From the human T2T-CHM13v2.0 reference genome, Homo sapiens, in the NCBI RefSeq assembly GCF_009914755.1, contig NC_060933.1: DNA of 64,000 bases, one strand, 5' to 3'. The notes under the pieces were generated by a model. The model saw nothing but the letters and a program-made list of their open reading frames with translations. It searched no databases and was not told the DNA's origin. The position numbers and the translations under genes are program-made. Shown piece by piece: positions 55,937 to 64,000 of this stretch (its first letter is position 1; every line of letters begins with the position of its first letter).

Positions 55937-58625
55937 TCATGTGGGGGGTGTCACTGAGGCCACACGCAGCAGCATTTTAGGGGCAGGCAGATGGGTGTTT
56001 TCATTTCAACAGTTATTTCATGTGCATCAGAACACACATGCAGCACACCAACCCCATGGCTTCATGGCTGTTCTTGCTTAGGATGGTTAAGGCACAGAAT
56101 CACGTTAGCCTGCATCGTAAAGGGAAAATAATAAATCATAGATGAGGAGCCACCTCGGGACGGGGAGCCTGTGAACAGTGATGTTGGGGAGCATGGAGTC
56201 ACCTCTTGGTGGCAGACATTACAACTGTTTCCCAAACATCTGTGCCCTTCAATGCCCGGGCGGTGATGCTGCCTGTCCTCTTGGAGTAGGTGGCACCATG
56301 CGGTGGGTTCTGGCCAATGGGATGTGCGTGGGAATGAGAGGTGCCTGTGTCTCTTTCCAGCCTTAGCATTTTGCCATTGCTGCCCCATTCTCTGGCCCTC
56401 CTGCCCCGGTCCCAGTCTTTGTGGAAGCCCCCAGAGGTCGTGGGGACCCACAGCTGGCTTCGTGTGGAGGGAGTGAGCTTATGCTCTGTGAAGCTGCAGC
56501 ACAGCCTGGCAGGGCCTGGCCAGGAACTTCACCCCGCCCTCACCATGTCCCTCTGAAGGAGCTGGTACTGTCTCCCTTTAACAGAAGAAGAAACTGAGGC
56601 TCAGGGAAGTAGAGTAACTCACCCAAGGCCACTGGGAGACAGCGCTGGTGCCCCATCCTCCTGGCCTTGGCTTAATAACCCATCTTGTCACAGGCGTCTT
56701 GGAGCTCCAGGAGGGGAAGGGGCTTGTTCAAGTCGGAGGGTGTGCAGAGGTCCATGAAGAAGCTGGGAGGGGCCCCCTTCAGCAGGTGGGTAAGGGTCCT
56801 ATGTGAGTGTCCCCAGCCCCCACCAGCCCACCCAGGCTACGCCTCATACCTCAGGCCTTTGCCCACTGCCCTATCCTGCCTCCCTGGCACCTTCCAAGTG
56901 CACGTGGGCCACCCGCATGCAGTTCACAGTGGTGTGGCCGGAGGGCCACTCACCCCCACCTCTTGGCCTGTCTTGATGGCCGGGTTTGATCTTCGCTCGC
57001 CTCTACCCCCGATGTTCTGCAGTCCCTGATCTGGGGAAGTGAGGGGCCCTAAGAAGCAGCTGGCAGGTATTCAGGAACATGTTGGGGTGGGGATCACCTC
57101 CCAGCCTCTTAATCCACGCAGAGAAGACAGAGAGACATCCCTGTGGTCCCCACACAGCTGAGGAACAACTGAGGCGTGGTGCACTTTGGTCCTGGGGGCC
57201 TGGATAGGAAGTGTCTGGAGGCAGCTGCCAGCTCAGGGCCAGGGCCAGGAATGCGCTGTGCAGAGGCTGGGGATGCAGGGCTACAGGCTGGGCCTGGGCC
57301 TCAGAGGTGGGGGCGAGTATGGCCCAAAGCAGGCAGGGCCTGGTAAGAATGACCAAAATGGCCAACAAGGGAAAGCTCTGAGTTGAGCAGCAGTGAGCGC
57401 TCCACTGCCAGAGGTATGCAGGCAGAGGCCGAAGACTCTGGGCTGGAAGTATCTCTGGGCTGGGCTAGACCAGCTCACAGCATTCTCAGCTCTTAGGACC
57501 TTCCCTCAGAAGCAGAGAGGCTCTGGCAAAGTTTGGCAAACAGAAACCACTGGAAGCAAGGCTGGGCTCCCACGATGCTGAGACATTTAGGACATGCTTC
57601 AGAAGGGTCTGTGGGGTCCTCTAATCCAGCACCTTCATTTTCAGCTTAGGAAAACGAGGGCCCAAGAGGCAGGAACCAGCTTGGAGCCACACGGCTGCCA
57701 CCTGTGGAGGGCAGAGCCCAGTGGTTAAGAGCAGGGCTACCGTGTCCGCCAGTCATTCATGGTGAGTCTGGGGCCAGTGAAGTGGCCCTTCCGGTTCCTG
57801 ACCCCTGCAATGGAGGTGGTGACGGGACCTGACGGAGGCTGCCTGTGCGGGTTTCGTTACTGCATGTTTACAGACGGCAGCGCACAGCGGGCCCTTGGAA
57901 GAGGAGGGTGGCTCCCAGGGGCCAGCAAGGCCAGGGCTCCCGGGACCCACTACCCAGGCCTGCCAGGCAGCCCACACCTTGCAAGTCCTCCACCGAGTTC
58001 AGAGGCCCAGTCGTGAATTATCATCAACACTGACTTTTCACATCGTCTTGGGCAGGGGCCACGCCAGGGCCAGGTCAGGAGACCTGGTGGAAAGCAGAAG
58101 TGGGGCCCATCAGTCACTTCCGTTATCTCGGGTGTGCCGAGCTCCTCCTGCCTTTGCCCAGCCCGTGCCGGGGAGACTGTGAGATGCCTGTGTCCTACAG
58201 CTCACGGTCCTGTCTTTAGAGATCTAGGTATAGGGTGGGGGAGAGGGGCTCAGGGAAAGCTGAATGCAGAGTCTTGATCCGTGCTGGGCCTGGGCGGTGG
58301 CTGCTGTGTTCCCTTTCCACTGTTCCTTCACCTGGACACATGTGTTTATGTAAACTGAGAGTGTTGCATTTCACAGTAAGAGAAGGGTGTTGATTTTGTG
58401 GCTGAAGGAGGTGATGACTTTGGTGTCACCCCTGAGTGAAGAGGGCCAGCCTGTCGTGCTTAGCACCAAAGAGGCCCCGGTGCATTTCAGAGATGTTGCT
58501 TCCTCGTCAACTGCTGGCAAATGCCACCACCCAGGAGGCTCATGGCAGAGTCATGGTTTTCGGCATCACATACTCCAGACTTCAGAAACTCAACACAATA
58601 TGCAAAAGTGTGTATTTATATGACT

Positions 58626-58631
58626 TTTATT
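58626..58631 (-). terminator. MAPKAP1: Distal polyadenylation signal AATAAA
   Basis: Plus strand tttatt; minus-strand downstream sequence is ttttgcatattgtgttgagtttc. Confidence 0.8.
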
Positions 58632-59701
58632 TTAATATCATTTTAATATCGAATATGTCACAAGATTTAATGACCAAATTAGTCATTTACATTTTTCAAA
58701 GTATCTAAATATAAAATTGCTAAAAATTCAAATACAGATAGCAAGCTACAAATATTTCTTTTGTTTTTGGGTGGGGGGTAGGAATGGAAGACATTAGAAA
58801 AGGACGCTCCTGTTGGCTGAACAAAGATCAGAATGAAAGAAGAATTCATCAGCATGACCCCTTGTGCAAAGAAATACACTCAGCTTTAAGATGCTGTTTT
58901 AGACACATCTCTTCCTGTACAACAATTTAAAAAATGTTTCTAATGCAGGTCCTCAGTGAAACACCGGTCCCCGGCCCTGGCTGGGGACAGTAAGGACATC
59001 ACCGCAGGAGGGACACTGAAGAGGCTGTCGAGGACTGCAGAGGCATCTGGTGTGGCCAGAGGCGTGGTGTCAGGGGCATCTGATCCCTTGCCTGTTCCCA
59101 CCCAGGGAGCCGGACGGCACGGACACAGGTCTCCCTCCGCTCACCCCTCTCCCTGAAACGTGAGAAACAGCAGCTTTCCGCCTGCTTGAAAAAGGAGGCA
59201 GGCGCTGTAAGGAGAAGAGGAATGGGGAATGTGGCCCCTTCCAAGGCAGCGAAGCAGAGAACATGCAGGTGGAACTGCCAGCTGAAACCTACACTTGCTA
59301 CTTAAGAAACGGAAAGACCATGTCTGGCTGGGAGTGCAGCGTGCCTGAGGACCAGCCACCGCCCCTCCTCCTGGCACCCCACACTGTCCACGCAGCTCCT
59401 GGGCTCTGAGGTCAGAAGCTGGGGTGTGCTGAAGGGGAAAGTGACACGGCCTTGGACACACCACTAGGTCTCTGTTCCTAACTTTTAGTAAGACACTACC
59501 CTCGAAGCAAATGCACTCATTTAAACAAATGGCATAGTTAAAACTATTGACTAAGACCTAAACATTTCTTCTGAGAAATCGAACCATAGCTTTTCCAATC
59601 TGCCTGTTCAATATGGGAACAGATTTTAAAGAGAGTAACATAATCAATCCTCCGCCCCAAAGAATGGTCCATCATACCAACCATGATAAAGAGTACACCT
59701 G

Positions 59702-59707
59702 TTTATT
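59702..59707 (-). terminator. MAPKAP1: Proximal polyadenylation signal AATAAA
   Basis: Plus strand tttatt; UGUA and a U-rich tract lie upstream on the minus strand, GU-rich tcatggttggtatg downstream. Confidence 0.65.
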
Positions 59708-60101
59708 AAAAGGAAAAACAGAAATGTACATTTTTGTTGTTTGCTTTAAGAAATTTGATCAAGTTGCAAGGAAATGTGTGGGCACGGCTCTGTACATCCT
59801 CGGGCAGGGTGGCAGGCATTGAAGGTGGCTGGGCGGCACGTGGCTCCTCTAGGGGGTGGTCTGACCCCCAAGCATCGCTTATCAAAGCCACTGCCAAGCA
59901 GACTTCCGTCCCATGGCAATGTCCCCAGCGCTCCCTCCTAGGGGGCCCCCGACACCTTCCCCGAGAGCCCACCTGCCCTGTGCCAGTGAGCCAGGGGCTG
60001 GCCTCCCCCCGAGGACTTCAGGACACCGGGTGGGCTCTAGGGCACTTGGCCCTGGCAGGCAGGCTCTGAGCTACGGAACAGATTGAGGCTGGAGGCCAGT
60101 G

Positions 60102-60227
60102 TCACTGCTGCCCGGATTTCTTCTCCTTCTGGAAGCTGAAGCTCGTACGTCTGTTCAGTTTTCTTTGTTTTTGAGCAAAGTAGTCAGCCCGGGCAGTGCT
60201 AGCTCGCGATTCCAGGATGTAGTTAAC
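60102..60227 (-). CDS. MAPKAP1: MAPKAP1 (SIN1) last coding exon, C-terminal 41 aa plus TGA
   Basis: Minus-strand acceptor ...ctcttgtttctag|GTT at 60229/60228, phase 0. Translates to [41 protein letters not shown], which I recognise as the SIN1 C-terminus; the RRTS motif falls at T509/S510 for a 522-aa protein. Too short for the ORF track. Confidence 0.95.
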   Translation of the reverse strand, partial: VNYILESRASTARADYFAQKQRKLNRRTSFSFQKEKKSGQQ

Positions 60228-62544
60228 CTAGAAACAAGAGCACACAGCCCGGTCACCTTGCCAGCCGCTCCCTACCCACCCAGGGCATCGGAGGGGGTGG
60301 CAGGGAAGGCCCTGACCTGGGCCGGGTGCCTCAGGGCCAGGTGCTGTCGTGTGGAAGGAGTCCAGTCATCACAGCAACCTGGCAGCGGCTGGGCCCAGAG
60401 CCGCTGCTCTACGATGGGAAAACAGAGGCTTGGAGAAGCCAAGTGGCCAGTCCAGGCTTCCCAGTCAGTGAGCGGCGAGCTCTTCAGGTTCCGGAGCCCA
60501 TGCTCCCTCCTGGCGTGAGCCACTCCCGGAAGGCTGTGCCCTGGGCTGCCTGGCTATGCCTCCCACCTGCTGTGTGACCTGGACAAGCACATAACCTCTC
60601 TGAGCCTGCCTTTCCCTGTGTGAAGGCCGAGAACACAGGGATGAAAAGCAAACCAAGACAGGCTCTCCATCCAGCCTCCCACCAGCCAGGCGCAGAGCTT
60701 CCCACCACAGTGCTTCCTTCAGGGCTCATGAGTGCCCAGCCAGGCAGGGCTCACTTGACAAAAAGGAAAGAGGCTCAGAGAGGGAGGCCAAAGTGGCCTA
60801 GGCCACGTGGAAGTCAGGGTGAGAGCTGTGAGGGGGCTGAAAGAGCCCTGTGTGAAGGGCGGGGCTGCCTCCTGGGCTCCTCTCAGGCCTTCTGCACGCT
60901 GCTGCTTCCACGAAGCCCTGGGAGTCTGCCCGGAGTCGCATGTGCATCTTCCACTCTGTGTAGCAGCTGCACCGCCAGGCGCTTCCCCAGCGCTACAGCG
61001 CTGAGACTTGGTCCTGGCCCTGGGGAGCTTGCTGCCTGGTGAGTGGGTGTCCAGCAGCAGAACCAGCACTGCAGCAGGCAAAGAGGAGCATCAAGGAATG
61101 GGGCTGAGTATCAGGGAGGTGTGGAGGAGGGAAGGCTTCCAGAGGAAAAGAGTGAGCGGGCTTTTGAGGGATACACAGGAGTTTTTGAGTGCGCAACGGG
61201 GAGGAGAGACGCAGCATGCATCAAGGCACAGCAGGGGCACGCCACAAGGGAGTGTCCCTGGAACTGCGAGAGCTTGGCTGGCTTAGTGAAATGAGGTGGT
61301 GGGAGCCAGGGAGGGGTGCTACAGTGGGATGCACACGCCCCAGTGCTGAGGACAGCCTGTGCCTGGGCATGGGCGGCAGCAGCAGTGTGAAATCAGTGGT
61401 GGCAACTGGCACTGCTCGGAGTGCCTTTCAGCGCTCATGGAATCTTCACAATAATCTTGAGACAGATGCCACTGTCATCCCCATGCACAGGTGAGGAAGT
61501 CAAGGCCAATGACAATAATGTCATTTAGTCAAGGTCACAAAGCTAGAAGGTGTCAGGCGCTTGGCAAACACCCCTTCCTGCTCCGCAGCCTCTCACCTCC
61601 TCTGCTCCTCTGGCTGGGGCTTTTGGTGAACAGACGCTATTTCTCTTCACCTGCAAGTATCTAAAAGTTTTGACTAGAAGGCTGAATATTTCTGACAAGA
61701 GAGGCCAGCCACTGCCTCTGCTGATTCTACTCCGAGGGCCATGTGTCCTGTGCCAGAGGGAGAGGAGCTTCTGCTGACTCCGAGAAGGAACCAGAGGGCT
61801 CCCGGGGGAGGCAGCGCGAGATGGCAACGCCTCAGATGGCCGAGGCTTCAACACTGTCCCTCCCAACTTTCTGCTCTGCTGGTTGGAGCAGCAGGCGTTA
61901 AAGGCTGGTGCGTGAGTACAGAAGGCCTGACACGCTCTGCCCGCTGCCTCGCCAAGTTACCAGCTGAGAGCAATAAATCATGAGGACCGCAGGGCCAGGT
62001 TGATGATTTGGGACAATACAGTGTATGGAAATAAGAGGTTTTATCATTCTTAATACAAGAAATCTTTGGATTATATTGTTTGCACACTCAGCCAACCTAG
62101 TGTTTTCAGTGTATTTTTGGCACATATAACTTGACAAAAGCATTTTAAAATGATCCTTAACAAGCCAACTATTTCCCAAATTTATTATCTTCAGTGCTTT
62201 GTGATAATCACATAGATAATGTTAATGGAAGATTAATGTAATAATCAAAAGATAAAAACGCCCTTTGCTCTGCCATTAGCTGGTTAATATGCTGTGGCTT
62301 AAAACTGGCACAATTTTATGCACTATAGAGTGTTTCATTTTCAACGCATTTTACAGCTTAAGGCATAAAAATATAGGGAGTTTTCATGGTCAATAAAGCC
62401 ACAGCCTCCATCACTCAATCACGAGAAGAACCTGATTTGAAGAGCCCGACAACTCCTCTGAGATTCATCTCAAAGCCTGTGGAATTAGGGACCACCCATG
62501 GCTTAGCTCAGTGACATCTTGATGGGAAGAGGGCGGCTCTGGAG

Positions 62545-62720
62545 CTTCTCGGGCCAGGTTCAAGTAGAGGCTCCACCCTTGTGTGCTCTGTGACCTTGGG
62601 CCTCCATCTCCTCTTCTATAAAATGGGGACAATGTCTACATTCTGGAGGGCGGTCAGGAAGATTAAACAAGATAATGGACATTAGATGTACTGCATGTAG
62701 CTGGTGTTCAATAAATGGGA
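62545..62720 (+). mobile_element. MIR
   Basis: tgtgaccttggg...ctataaaatggggacaat...gattaaa...ttcaataaatg. Confidence 0.7.
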
Positions 62721-63060
62721 GACGTTCCTATTTCTACAAGCGCAAAAAGCTCGATGGAGGCTTTGTTCATGATTGTTTATTTGACATCAGATTGTGGCTC
62801 TTATTTCCTCCCTTCAATTTCCATCTAAGCTCTCATTTTATGTAAAATTCCTGAATTCTAGAACAACAGCATGCATTACTAGAGTCTAAACTGACTCCTC
62901 AAGAGCTTCTGATGGCAACAACATTTCTCCCAAGCTCCCGGACACAGGGCTGGGCTTCCGTTGCTTGGTACTGGTGCAAAGCTCACAAAGACACACTCAG
63001 GACACTGCAGGAATGGTGGATAAAACTAAGTATTCCAATTGCTATAAAAATCAGAGATGG

Positions 63061-63393
<333 letters not shown>

Positions 63394-64000
63394 TCATCTT
63401 CCATCAGGCTCATGATCATTAGCTCTAAGTAAATCAGGCCTAGGGTATGCTACAACTCTTCTGGAGTCTTGTGCATGACACAATATTTCTGCAAATATTT
63501 TGATATGGAAACAGACACTTTAGGGAAGGTGACAGACCTCACGGATTTTGCAGAGAAGCATCTGCTTCGAGGGAGCATTTGGACCTGTAAAATGATTTCT
63601 CTGCACTTGATCTTCCACAGTCTCATACTGAAGTCATAAACCTGTGTTTCTGTCATCAATCTGCTGTTGTGAAAATTATTTTGATGTCAAACATCGGATT
63701 ATAATTTTACTAGAATCCTTCTCAAGTCTTGAATATTTTAATGCTGGCTATAAAAAAAAAAAAAAAAAAGTCCAGCCCCTATCGGGGTAATGGAATATTT
63801 CTCTGCCAGGTCCCTGAACACTCTGCACAAGGGGCCCGTGCTGTCTGTGATGCTCCAGTGGGTAACTCGAAGCTCGCTGGCTGCAAGCACTCCCAGGCAG
63901 GCCCGTGTCCCCACTCCTTGGTCCAAGGAGGGGCTCTGATCAGGCTGGTCTATGAACCCTCTCCCTTTCATCCAGCTAATCATGCTACTCTGTCTGCTCC

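Larger units (their letters stand above)
58610..60101 (-). other. MAPKAP1: MAPKAP1 3'UTR (long form)
   Basis: Repeat-free sequence after the stop codon, ending ~20 nt past AATAAA (58626-58631) with a U/GU-rich tract downstream; the exact cleavage site is approximate. Confidence 0.85.

Noticed and set aside
60099-60518. 139-aa plus-strand ORF
   Set aside because: Antisense shadow of the MAPKAP1 terminal exon and intron.

Overview
Primate (almost certainly human) genomic DNA, GC-rich and Alu-dense. The only supportable protein-coding sequence is the terminal exon of MAPKAP1 (SIN1, an mTORC2 subunit) on the minus strand. Its CDS is 60102-60227 ([41 protein letters not shown]), followed by a ~1.5 kb 3'UTR with two AATAAA signals; 60228-64000 is the last intron. 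From recalled gene order this is 9q33.3, the interval between GAPVD1 and the MAPKAP1 3' end. The other ~58 kb is non-coding: about 50 Alus, MIR/L2/L1M relics, MaLR and ERVL LTRs, DNA transposons (Tigger3-like, MER20-like, MER53-like), an orphan CpG island at ~29.0-30.6 kb, a ~620 bp CA-rich tract and several repeat-free AT/TAAT-rich blocks that look like developmental enhancers. I found no convincing new coding system; ORF-track entries appear to be Alu, simple-repeat or GC artefacts. The best leads are: tandem polyadenylation that would remove miR-7 and miR-19 8mer sites, a ~120 bp retrocopied mRNA 3' end with TSDs, a young 148 bp local duplication, a YY1-motif tandem cluster, a MER53 hairpin resembling miR-1302, and a possible in-frame 54-nt cassette exon. 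Repeat coordinates and subfamily names were assigned by eye and are approximate.
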